Origin: Bdellovibrionota bacterium
GTDB taxonomy: Bacteria; Bdellovibrionota; UBA1018; UBA923
NCBI GenBank assembly: GCA_040754655.1
Contig: JBFMCE010000090.1
Coordinates: 1-16,206 of the forward strand
Direction of reading: 5' to 3'
Length of the DNA stretch: 16,206 nt
Part shown: positions 1 through 7,764 of the stretch, one piece after another
How positions within the stretch are numbered: the stretch's first letter is position 1
Layout of the letters: each line of letters begins with the position of its first letter
Made by a program: the position numbers and the translations under genes
Notes under the pieces: generated by a model
Told to the model about the DNA's origin: nothing
Databases searched by the model: none
What the model saw: the letters and a program-made list of their open reading frames with translations, nothing else

Positions 1-503
1 TTATCGAATGTGCTGCGCGGAAAAACAGCGGCGCAAAAGTCGTAGTCTTTCCAAAGTTTGCAGAGGTTTTGTTTCGTGAACTGAGCGGCACGCGAGTCGA
101 AATCGTAGTTCAACTCGCCGGTGGCCGCAAATGGCGAGATCAGCGCAAGCTTGTGGTGGTCGAGGGCCCAAATGAGCGAACGAAACCACGTGAGAGAGAC
201 GCGAATATCGTTGTTCAATATCCCCAAGACTTGTCCGGTTGAAAGCCGAAGACCCTGATTCCATGCCGGCGCAACGCCTAGGTTCTTTTCATTGAAGATG
301 GGCAAGAGGCGATCCCTGCTTCCTTGAAGGTCTTTTGCCTTCTGCTCAAGGTAGGCGCGGGTGCCGTCGCCAGAACCATTGTCGATGACGATGATTTCGT
401 AAGGGATGCGGTCTTGGTCGCGTAAAATGGAATCAATGCACAGCTCCGTATACTTCAGCTGATTGTAAGCCGCGATGATAAGGCTAGCTCTTACTGTCTT
501 CAT
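1..503 (-). CDS. Glycosyltransferase family 2 (GT-A fold), 3'-truncated by the window edge
   Basis: Missing from the ORF track because there is no stop in the window. Manual translation from ATG at 503: MKTVRASLIIAAYNQLKYTELCIDSILRDQDRIPYEIIVIDNGSGDGTRAYLEQ...NEKNLGVAPAWNQGLRLSTGQVLGILNNDIRV. It shows the GT2 motifs IIxxYN, EIIVIDNGSxDGT, NLGxAxAxNxG and LNND (DxD-like). Starts 3 nt after the upstream stop (507-509). Confidence 0.93.
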   Translation of the reverse strand, partial: MKTVRASLIIAAYNQLKYTELCIDSILRDQDRIPYEIIVIDNGSGDGTRAYLEQKAKDLQGSRDRLLPIFNEKNLGVAPAWNQGLRLSTGQVLGILNNDIRVSLTWFRSLIWALDHHKLALISPFAATGELNYDFDSRAAQFTKQNLCKLWKDYDFCAAVFPRSTFD

Positions 504-506
504 GCA

Positions 507-1580
507 TTACAGCGACGTGTTCGGCTGAGGCTTCGCAGTGTGCGCGTCACTTGTTCCTCCGGGCATGCAGAAACCACCCAAAGTTTTAACGCATTCATCC
601 ACCAATTCATCGACGATCTCTTGAATCGTCTTGATGTCATCGATGAGCCCCACTCCTTGGCCTGCGCTCCAAACTTCCTTCCAAGTCGCTTTTTTTGCGG
701 CGTCTCCTAACAGTTTTGCGCCCCGTGCGCTCACCAAAAGCTTGAACCACTTCTTTGTGCGAGGGTCTTTGAGCAGAAGCTTTTCGAGCACGTTCAATTC
801 TAAGCCTAGTTTTTCCACATAAGGCGTTTTGATCACGGCAGCCGGAGTGCCAGAAATCTTTGGCGTGAGGACGATGTCCTCTGGGTCGGCGTTTAAGATC
901 GCGTTCTTATAACCTTGATCTGCCTTGCATTCCGTCGACGCGATGAAGCGGGTTCCGATCTGGGCGGCGGCTGCCCCTAAGACAAGCGCTGCTGCGAGGC
1001 CTCGTCCGCTGGCGATTCCCCCTGCGGCCACCACAGGAATCGAAAGGTGCTTCCTCAGGTAGGGCACTAAAACCATCGGACTGATGGGACCGGCATGCCC
1101 GCCCGCTCCGCTACTTACGGCGATTACGCCATCGGCGCCGAGGTCTTGAACTTTTTTCGCGTAATCTAGAGTCGTGACGTCGCAAAAAACTTTAGCCCCG
1201 TTTTTATGCGCTTCCGCGATGACTTCCTTGGGGCTGCCCAGGCTTGTAATGAACAGAGGCACGCCCTCATCAAGGCAAACCCTGAGATCAGCCGGTACTC
1301 TGATGTTGGACTTGTTGACGATAATGTTCACGGCGAAGGGCAGGCCGCCGATTTGGGATTTGATTTTACGGGTGGCTTCTCGAAAGCCTTCCGTAGTGCG
1401 CCAGTTCAGAGCGGGGTAGGCGCCCACAATCCCCGCGCGGCAGGCCGCGATCACCAGAGCTTCATCGCTCAAGAGAAACATTGGGCCGGCGATGATGGGA
1501 TACTTGCAGCCCAACAATTTCGTAAAATCGTTTGAAAGATCGATTCGCGTCGTCGAATGAGTTTTGTTGCTCTTCATCAT
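507..1580 (-). CDS. Nitronate monooxygenase / 2-nitropropane dioxygenase-like FMN enzyme (FabK-like family)
   Basis: Motifs LLGCKYPIIAGPM, PFAVNI, GADGVIAVSSGAGGHAG (catalytic His), PVVAAGGI, GAAAAQIGTRFIASTE and WSAGQGVGLI. Start moved from 1649 to the ATG ATG at 1580/1577 to avoid overlapping the divergent gene; exact start uncertain. Confidence 0.88.
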   Translation of the reverse strand: MMKSNKTHSTTRIDLSNDFTKLLGCKYPIIAGPMFLLSDEALVIAACRAGIVGAYPALNWRTTEGFREATRKIKSQIGGLPFAVNIIVNKSNIRVPADLRVCLDEGVPLFITSLGSPKEVIAEAHKNGAKVFCDVTTLDYAKKVQDLGADGVIAVSSGAGGHAGPISPMVLVPYLRKHLSIPVVAAGGIASGRGLAAALVLGAAAAQIGTRFIASTECKADQGYKNAILNADPEDIVLTPKISGTPAAVIKTPYVEKLGLELNVLEKLLLKDPRTKKWFKLLVSARGAKLLGDAAKKATWKEVWSAGQGVGLIDDIKTIQEIVDELVDECVKTLGGFCMPGGTSDAHTAKPQPNTSL

Positions 1581-1620
1581 TAGAATTGAGACATTAAATG
1601 GGAATGAAAGGGGATTCAAT

Positions 1621-1899
1621 ATGGAAATCGAGTGTCCAGGACAAGCCAAGGAAATTTATGCGAAGTTGAAGTCGAAGATCTCGGAATTGCAAAAACAAGG
1701 CAAGCTTGGCCAAGTCAAGGAAATCAACTTTGATGACGCGGCTCAAGAAGCGACGGCGGTTGGCACTGGATTCAAGTCGAAGATCCAAGTCAAAGACGGC
1801 AAAGTCGTGGTCGACCTCGACCTCAACTTCCTGCTCAAGGCGATGCGTCCGCAAATCGAAGAAGGCATTCGCCGAAGCCTCTCAAAGGCGCTATCCTAA
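1621..1899 (+). CDS. Small protein resembling the putative polyhydroxyalkanoic-acid-system (PHA_gran_rgn) family
   Basis: 92 aa with an SD-like AAGGGG upstream of ATG 1621. The C-terminal pattern GFKSKIQVKDGKVVVDLDLNFLLKAMRPQIEEGIRRSLSKAL matches my recollection of this family (G..G.l.v.d..v.v.v.L.fll.p....Ie..i...L.k.l). Confidence 0.7.
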   Translation: MEIECPGQAKEIYAKLKSKISELQKQGKLGQVKEINFDDAAQEATAVGTGFKSKIQVKDGKVVVDLDLNFLLKAMRPQIEEGIRRSLSKALS

Positions 1900-1905
1900 A
1901 AACCA

Positions 1906-3552
1906 ATGAGCAAGAGTTCGAATTCAAAATCTGAGCGCCCTAGCGTTGCACGTGCGGCAGGGCGCATGGGGCTTGCCACGCTCTGCAGCCGTGTCTTGGG
2001 TTTGGTGCGTGAGCAGGTGTTTGCGTTTCTCTTTGGCGCAAGCAATGCGGCCGACGCGTTCAACATCGCCTTTCGAATTCCAAATCTCCTGCGCGACTTG
2101 TTCGCCGAAGGAGCGATGAGCGCTGCGTTCATCCCCAATTTCACGAAAGCCCTAGCAGAATCCAGGGCCGCGGCTTTTCGGTTGTTGGCAGGGGTTCTTT
2201 CTGTTCTGTTCGTGCTCGTAACCCTGGTTTCAATCGTGGGCATCGCCTTTTCACCCGAGCTGGTGAGGCTCTACGCTTCATCGTTTAGCGAGGTCCCAGG
2301 AAAACTTGAACTCACCGCGGGTCTCACCCAGCTCATGTTCCCGTTTTTTCCGATGATCGCCGTAGCCGCCGTCTTGATGGGCGCACTGAATGCGCTAGGA
2401 TACTTTTTCGTGCCCGCCTTTGCTCCGGTTTTGTTCAACGTCGCCTCGATTGTTTGCGGACTCTTGCTTGCGCCTTGGTTTGCTCGGACAAACTACATCC
2501 CGCCCATCTACAGCATGGCCATTGGAGTCTTGTTGGGAGGGTTCCTTCAGTTTTACGTTCAATGGAGGCAACTCAAAAAAGAAGGGTTCTCGCTCGCACG
2601 AGAGCTGGATGTGCTCTTTAAGCCACTTCAAGTACCCGGGGTGAAGAAGGTGCTCTGGCTCGTGGTTCCTGGAACCGTAGGCTTGGCCGCGACTCAGTTG
2701 GGCATTCTCATCAACTCGATCTATGCGACCGGCGCGGGTACGAGCGCCGTGAGTTGGTTGAACTATGCTTTTCGGCTGATGCAGTTTCCGATCGGGATCT
2801 TCGGAGTTTCTCTTGCAGCGGCGACGTTGCCTCAGGTCGCTCGCAAGCTTGCCGCCCATGACCGCTTGGGTGCGGGTCAAGAACTCAACGCCTCTCTTAG
2901 AATGAGTTTTGCGGTCAATGGACCGGCCGCAGCTGGTTTGATGGCATTGGGTTTGCCCATCATCCAACTTCTTTTCGAGCATGGGAAATTTCAATACGTC
3001 GATTCTCAGGCCACCGCTCAAGCCGTCTTTTGGTACGCGGCGGGGCTGCCGGGGTACTCAGTTGTCAAGGTCGTCGTGCCGACTTTCTATGCGCTTGGTG
3101 TGACGCAAATCCCCGTTGCTGTGAGTTTTCTCATGGTCGCCTTGAACGCAGGATTGAATCACCTTTTCCTGGAAGTCTTGCACTATCCCTTTTGGAGTCT
3201 GGCGCTGGCGACTTCGATTTCGGCCACTTTGAATGCTGTCATTTTGGTTATTCTCTTGTCGCGGTTCTTGCCCCAGATCCTCAACCTGAGGTTACTGAAA
3301 GCGGTTTTCTTGCACGCCGTGGTAAGCCTGGTGATCGCAGGGCTAATCGGGTTGTTTCTGAGGACAGCCGCACCTCTTGAGCCGATTTTTGTTTCACTTC
3401 AAGGGGGTAAAATCTTATTTTGGGGTCTGGAAGTCGGTTTTTCAATATTTGTTGCGGCATTGTTGTGGATTGGGCTGGGTCGCATGCTCAAGATCGAAGA
3501 AAACGAAAAAGCATTTGAGTTTGTCAAAAAAAGGCTTCGCCGATCCAAGTGA
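1906..3552 (+). CDS. murJ: Lipid II flippase MurJ (MviN)
   Basis: Motifs SRVLGLVRE, ADAFNIAFRIPNLLRDLFAEGAMSAAFIP, AFAPVLFN, SWLNYAFRLMQFPIGIFGVSL and LLFEHGKF; many hydrophobic helices; 548 aa. Confidence 0.97.
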   Translation: MSKSSNSKSERPSVARAAGRMGLATLCSRVLGLVREQVFAFLFGASNAADAFNIAFRIPNLLRDLFAEGAMSAAFIPNFTKALAESRAAAFRLLAGVLSVLFVLVTLVSIVGIAFSPELVRLYASSFSEVPGKLELTAGLTQLMFPFFPMIAVAAVLMGALNALGYFFVPAFAPVLFNVASIVCGLLLAPWFARTNYIPPIYSMAIGVLLGGFLQFYVQWRQLKKEGFSLARELDVLFKPLQVPGVKKVLWLVVPGTVGLAATQLGILINSIYATGAGTSAVSWLNYAFRLMQFPIGIFGVSLAAATLPQVARKLAAHDRLGAGQELNASLRMSFAVNGPAAAGLMALGLPIIQLLFEHGKFQYVDSQATAQAVFWYAAGLPGYSVVKVVVPTFYALGVTQIPVAVSFLMVALNAGLNHLFLEVLHYPFWSLALATSISATLNAVILVILLSRFLPQILNLRLLKAVFLHAVVSLVIAGLIGLFLRTAAPLEPIFVSLQGGKILFWGLEVGFSIFVAALLWIGLGRMLKIEENEKAFEFVKKRLRRSK

Positions 3553-3560
3553 TTTATGTC

Positions 3561-3566
3561 TATACT
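3561..3566 (+). promoter_or_regulatory. Candidate sigma-70 -10 box (TATACT), possibly driving a leaderless transcript
   Basis: TATACT lies 7 nt before ATG 3574 in a 21-nt AT-rich spacer with no SD. The -35 match is weak. Confidence 0.35.
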
Positions 3567-3573
3567 TTGAATT

Positions 3574-4026
3574 ATGAATTCTACGACCAATCGCAACTCG
3601 TTGCTTTTACTCGCTAAGAGTATTTTGAATAAACTTGAGAACAATAAATACATCGTCTTCAACTCAAAAGACCGCACGCTCTTGCAAGACGACTTGTTCA
3701 AACGTCTGACTCAGTCAATCGTGACTGAAGAGGATTTGAACGAACAAGTTCGCTCTCAGGTTGCGAGAGCTTCTGAAGCGATTAGTGAGCAGAATCTCAC
3801 TGAGACGGAAGCCTACCAGAGTCAGAAACGGGCCATTCGGTCAAAACTTGCCGATAACGAAGTGCAAGGCTTCTATTTGCACAAGACTTTGCGCGCCGTA
3901 TGCGAAGATGTCTGCAAGTTCTTGTTTGATTCCAGGTTCGTTGAAGATGTTTTTGAATCTGACGAAGCGATTCAGAAGTTGGTCATGGAGACCATCCAGA
4001 AGTTTGATGAGAGCAAGCTCGCTTAA
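3574..4026 (+). CDS. DUF507-like helical protein
   Basis: 150 aa, predicted helical. The pattern LAKSILNKL..NKYI...EEDLNEQVR......YQSQKRAIR...EDVFESDEAIQKLVMETIQKF resembles DUF507 proteins from memory. Confidence 0.6.
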   Translation: MNSTTNRNSLLLLAKSILNKLENNKYIVFNSKDRTLLQDDLFKRLTQSIVTEEDLNEQVRSQVARASEAISEQNLTETEAYQSQKRAIRSKLADNEVQGFYLHKTLRAVCEDVCKFLFDSRFVEDVFESDEAIQKLVMETIQKFDESKLA

Positions 4027-5974
4027 GGGCGTCGCAAACTGCCTTGCCTTCCTCGTTGGATTGTTGTTGAGTCCAAGTGCATTTTCGGTGGGAGGAAAGG
4101 TGCAAGCTGTTACAGATGCCCACAGGGCCATCACCCAAGAAAAAACCTGGCTGAACACTTCGCGCGCCCTGAAGGCGGAGGATCTGGCGGGCAGGATCCT
4201 CTTGGTCGATTTCTGGACCTTTTGCTGCATCAACTGCATTCACGTCATTCCGGATCTCAAGAAACTTGAAGCGGAGTTTAAAGACGATCTCACGGTGATC
4301 GGTGTGCACTCAGCGAAATTTGACAATGAGAAAGACACTCAAAGCATCCGTTCCGCGATCTTACGCTATGAAATTGAGCATGCGGTCGTAAATGACGCGA
4401 ATTTTAAGATCTGGCAGTCGTTTGGAGTGCGTGCATGGCCAACACTGGTATTGATCAATCCAGACGGACAGATCGAAAAAGCATTTTCTGGCGAAGGCCA
4501 TCTCGAAGCGTTGCGCAAAGAGATCACGAAGCTTCGCATCCGTTATGAGGGAAAGCTCAATCAAGCCAAGCTGCCTTATCGGCTTGAAAGCGCGAAACTT
4601 CCGCAGTCGCTGCTTCGATTCCCCTCGAAACTTGCGTACGCCGAAGACCAGGGGCTTCTTTTTATCTCGGATTCCAACAACAATCGCATCGTGGCGTTAA
4701 GACTAAAAGGAGACGCCGAGGCAGAAGCCGCTTTTCTGGTCGGCGACGGAAAAATGGGGCGCCTTGATGGAGACTTTGGGCAGGCCCGGTTCGATCATCC
4801 CCAGGGTATCTTGTACCGGAAGGGCCTTCTCTATGTTGCGGATACGGAGAACCATCTTCTGCGGCTTGTAGATCTGAAGACGAGGAAAGTTTCGACGTTG
4901 GCTGGTACCGGAAAACAAGGATTCGATCGATCTGTTGAGAATTTAAGCGCATTAAAAACGCCGCTCAGCTCTCCTTGGGACCTGACTGTATTTGGGCAGG
5001 ACGAGATCTTGATCGCAATGGCGGGAACCCATCAGCTTTGGGTTTATAACACTACGAAGCAAACCGTTCGAGTTGTCGCAGGCAATGGAAGGGAGTCGAT
5101 CGATGATGGGGCGTATCCTGAAAATTCGCTCTCTCAGCCCAGTGGCGTCTCTGCTCATGAGGGCAGGGTCTATTTCGTAGACTCAGAAACAAGTTCTTTG
5201 CGTGTCCTTGAGAAAGGAAAAGTCACGACTTTGCTAGGAACGGGGCTGTTTGATTTTGGTTTTAAAGACGGCAAACAGGGCGAGGCGCTCCTACAACATC
5301 CCTTAGGGCTAACGGCCGGTGCTGATGCCGTGTTCATTGCAGACAGCTATAATCATGCGGTTCGTCGGTATGATGTTTTGGCGCGTAAGATCGTGACTGT
5401 CACGGGCACAAATGTCTCAGGCTATCGTGACGGCTCACTCAAGGAAGCGAGGTTTCATGAGCCCGCAGGCCTTGTTCTGGTGGGGTCAAAGCTTTATGTG
5501 GCAGATACGAACAATCACTTGATTCGAGTGGTTGATCCTCTGAAAGGGCACGTACGCACTTTGGAGATTCACTTTGAAGCGACCAAATCTGAACGTCCGG
5601 AGCTTTCAAAGTTCTTACCTCACTTGAAGCCCAGCCAGGAGCAGCTCAAAGTGCAGGCGAAGGCTCAAGTGAAAGTGAAGCTCGTGTTTCAGGGGCAGAA
5701 GAAACTCAACGACAAAGCCCCCTCCTGGCTCGCTCTTTTCGAAAAGACGGCAGAAGGCAAGTTTCAACACATCAAATCGTATCGGCGCGACGATTTTAAA
5801 AACAAGAACACTGTCGAGCTTCCTGCTCTAAAACCTTCTCTGCAGTACCGGCTTCAAGGCACCTTCTATTACTGCGAACCAGGCCGCGAATCTCTTTGTT
5901 TCATTCAAAGCCATGACCAGCTTTTTGCGCCAGCAAACCAGGGAAGTAGTGAGATCGTATTCCAGCTCGAGTAA
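4007..5974 (+). CDS. Exported thioredoxin-like + NHL-repeat beta-propeller + C-terminal beta domain protein (NHLRC2/SOQ1-like)
   Basis: Start re-called at ATG 4007, which gives a signal peptide (MRASSLKGVANCLAFLVGLLLSPSAFS) and a 20-nt overlap with the upstream gene. Thioredoxin-like motifs LVDFWTFCCINC, IGVHSAKFDNEK and AWPTLVLI. NHL repeats LRFPSKL..ISDSNNNRI, FDHPQGI..VADTENHLLR, LSSPWDL, LSQPSGV, LQHPLGL..IADSYNHAVR and FHEPAGL..VADTNNHLIR. C-terminal YYCEPGRESLC. Confidence 0.92.
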   Translation: MRASSLKGVANCLAFLVGLLLSPSAFSVGGKVQAVTDAHRAITQEKTWLNTSRALKAEDLAGRILLVDFWTFCCINCIHVIPDLKKLEAEFKDDLTVIGVHSAKFDNEKDTQSIRSAILRYEIEHAVVNDANFKIWQSFGVRAWPTLVLINPDGQIEKAFSGEGHLEALRKEITKLRIRYEGKLNQAKLPYRLESAKLPQSLLRFPSKLAYAEDQGLLFISDSNNNRIVALRLKGDAEAEAAFLVGDGKMGRLDGDFGQARFDHPQGILYRKGLLYVADTENHLLRLVDLKTRKVSTLAGTGKQGFDRSVENLSALKTPLSSPWDLTVFGQDEILIAMAGTHQLWVYNTTKQTVRVVAGNGRESIDDGAYPENSLSQPSGVSAHEGRVYFVDSETSSLRVLEKGKVTTLLGTGLFDFGFKDGKQGEALLQHPLGLTAGADAVFIADSYNHAVRRYDVLARKIVTVTGTNVSGYRDGSLKEARFHEPAGLVLVGSKLYVADTNNHLIRVVDPLKGHVRTLEIHFEATKSERPELSKFLPHLKPSQEQLKVQAKAQVKVKLVFQGQKKLNDKAPSWLALFEKTAEGKFQHIKSYRRDDFKNKNTVELPALKPSLQYRLQGTFYYCEPGRESLCFIQSHDQLFAPANQGSSEIVFQLE

Positions 5975-6008
5975 TCGGTTCATTTTCCCCGCAAAGGCAA
6001 AGTAAAGA

Positions 6009-7649
6009 TTACATTTTAACCGTATCAAAGGCCTTCTTCACAGCCTCGCAATGAGAAGGTTTGTCCTTGCCGAAAAGGACTTCGCATTCTTTTTCGGTTT
6101 CTTCCCGTGCTTCACGAAAGCCTGACATCGCTGAAAGTCGTTTCGTAAGCACATTGTAATAGAGCTGTTCTGTGTCTTCTTTGCCAATGCTTTGGACAAT
6201 GAGCGCTGCGGCACGGTTTGGGATGCCGCTGTTCACATGCACTCCACAACGGTCATTAGCCCTATGGCAAGGTCCCTTGGTTGAAACCTTGAATTTACTG
6301 TCGGTTGAACCGGGCTGTTTGTATTCTTCTGGATTGAGCATGTTTCTGAGGGCTCGGCTTTTGCTCTTAGGCGCCATGATGTTTGCGCCGATGTCCCAAT
6401 TGCCATCGGTATAATCGATCATTCTTCCAAAGAAGTCAGAGTACGATTCATTGAGAGCTCCTGGCTCTCCGGCGTAAACAAGCTTTGCCGTGTTGGCCGT
6501 AATCCCATGGGTCATTTCATGACCCGCGGCATCTAAAGAGTAGGTGAGGTCGATGAAATGCTCGCCATCGCCATCGCCATATCCCATGATTTTGAACTCG
6601 TTAGTCCAAAAAGCATTGTTCATCTTGATGCCGACATGCACGACGCTGACGACCTTGCCGTCTTCATCATCGAACGAGCGTCTGCCGAATTTTTTGAAGA
6701 AGTAGTTATAAACCCGGCTGCTGTTGCGGTACGCATTGATGGCTGAAACGTCAACAGGCGCAAGTTTTGACCCGTTCTCAATGACCTTGTCGTACCAGTT
6801 GATATTTACCGAGGTTGCGTATCCACGCCGGTCTACATGTTTGCGCGCCTGCTCTGTGTCTGCGGTATAAACGAGAATATTTCCGCGCTCGTGAGGCTTC
6901 GGCGTCGTAAACTCGGGCGACGTGCGAAACTCTACATGCGAACTGCCTGCATGCATGTCGTAGGTGCGGTCAAATTCAAGTACGATACTTCCATTGTGGG
7001 CGTTGAGGTACACCTCTTTGCCTGCGTGTTCACTCGTTGTTCGAGTGAGCAAGTGATAGGTGAGGTGGGTTCGGCCGTCAAAGTCTTTGAAGACCTTCAA
7101 CGCCGGGTTCTCACTGAGTTCCACGGGCTCTTGATAGTGATCGCTTACGATGCGCAAAGCATCTTGAGCCGAGACCCGTGGGTTGACGTCGACAGCCGCG
7201 TTGAGCGCTGCTCCAGAGACGTCTTGGACGTTTCCTTCGTGATCAAAATGAACAATGGCGTCATGACCTACGACGTCGATTCCTTTGTATTTCTGCGCAA
7301 ACCTTATCGTAGCAGAGGATCCGTCATTCGAGGTTTGTGTAGGCTCGAATTGCGTAGATTCATCACGATAGAACCCTTCAAAACGGACGTCGTTTTCTTG
7401 ATGAATTTTCCGATGCGCTTTTTCAAGCAGAGCCTCAAAATCATGTCTGCTACTGACTTTTCTCCAGCCCGTGACGCTTCGAAAAACTTCACTCAGCGAT
7501 TGTGTACGATATTGAAGCTGTTGCGGATTCGACCGCTTAGCCGAAGCAGGCTCAGAGCTGAGCCCAAGCGTGAGAAAAACTGAAGCAAATATTGTGAGTG
7601 AACAAACTGCCTTCCATAACTTCCGACGAGCTGGTTCTTTGAGTCCCAT
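6009..7649 (-). CDS. Secreted M4 family (thermolysin-like) zinc metalloprotease precursor
   Basis: Signal peptide ending ASA; FTP propeptide (IRFAQKYKGIDVVG); PepSY-like segment (EVYLNAHNGSIV); NNAFW; HEMTH zinc motif at 6507-6521; GALNESYSD; GVHVNSGIPN. SD AAGGGGG precedes the ATG. Confidence 0.96.
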   Translation of the reverse strand: MGLKEPARRKLWKAVCSLTIFASVFLTLGLSSEPASAKRSNPQQLQYRTQSLSEVFRSVTGWRKVSSRHDFEALLEKAHRKIHQENDVRFEGFYRDESTQFEPTQTSNDGSSATIRFAQKYKGIDVVGHDAIVHFDHEGNVQDVSGAALNAAVDVNPRVSAQDALRIVSDHYQEPVELSENPALKVFKDFDGRTHLTYHLLTRTTSEHAGKEVYLNAHNGSIVLEFDRTYDMHAGSSHVEFRTSPEFTTPKPHERGNILVYTADTEQARKHVDRRGYATSVNINWYDKVIENGSKLAPVDVSAINAYRNSSRVYNYFFKKFGRRSFDDEDGKVVSVVHVGIKMNNAFWTNEFKIMGYGDGDGEHFIDLTYSLDAAGHEMTHGITANTAKLVYAGEPGALNESYSDFFGRMIDYTDGNWDIGANIMAPKSKSRALRNMLNPEEYKQPGSTDSKFKVSTKGPCHRANDRCGVHVNSGIPNRAAALIVQSIGKEDTEQLYYNVLTKRLSAMSGFREAREETEKECEVLFGKDKPSHCEAVKKAFDTVKM

Positions 7650-7677
7650 GAACCATGTCCCCCTTGTTCAATTGTGG

Positions 7678-7737
7678 CGTCTCGAAGGGCGATTCAAAGA
7701 TTTTTCCCTCCAAGGATCAATCTTTGATTTCGAGACG
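7678..7737 (-). promoter_or_regulatory. Long hairpin in the predicted 5' UTR of the M4 protease gene
   Basis: Two nested perfect 9-bp inverted repeats: CGTCTCGAA (7678-7686) / TTCGAGACG (7729-7737) and TCAAAGATT (7694-7702) / AATCTTTGA (7719-7727). Confidence 0.65.
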
Positions 7738-7748
7738 AGCTAAAAGTG

Positions 7749-7764
7749 AGCAAGTTGAGTGCCA
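7749..7764 (-). promoter_or_regulatory. Sigma-54 (RpoN) -24/-12 promoter for the M4 protease
   Basis: The minus strand reads TGGCAC-TCAAC-TTGCT, matching TGGCAC-N5-TTGCW with exact spacing. It points at the protease, implies a TSS near 7738, and has an AT-rich upstream region. Confidence 0.82.

Noticed and set aside
1..264. 87-aa minus-strand ORF in the track
   Set aside because: It is an out-of-frame shadow of the GT2 gene that starts at 503.
1581..1649. N-terminal extension of the NMO-like ORF to 1649, and of the plus ORF to 1564
   Set aside because: The extensions would overlap the divergent genes head-to-head and have no family-like sequence.
3761..4006. 82-aa N-terminal extension of the Trx-NHL ORF
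   Set aside because: It lies inside the DUF507-like gene in another frame; ATG 4007 gives a clean signal peptide.
5975..6008. Bidirectional terminator or c-di-GMP riboswitch (CGCAAAG/GGCAAA) between the convergent genes
   Set aside because: There is no stable stem, the motif order is wrong, and it is not in a 5' UTR.
6837..7583. 248-aa antisense ORF to the protease, plus similar ones at 2395-3021, 11223-11753 and 13792-14418
   Set aside because: These are antisense shadows of well-supported genes with no recognisable motifs.
7620..7630. Twin-arginine (Tat) signal in the protease (ARRKLW)
   Set aside because: It lacks the S/T-R-R-x-F-L consensus; an ordinary Sec signal is more likely.
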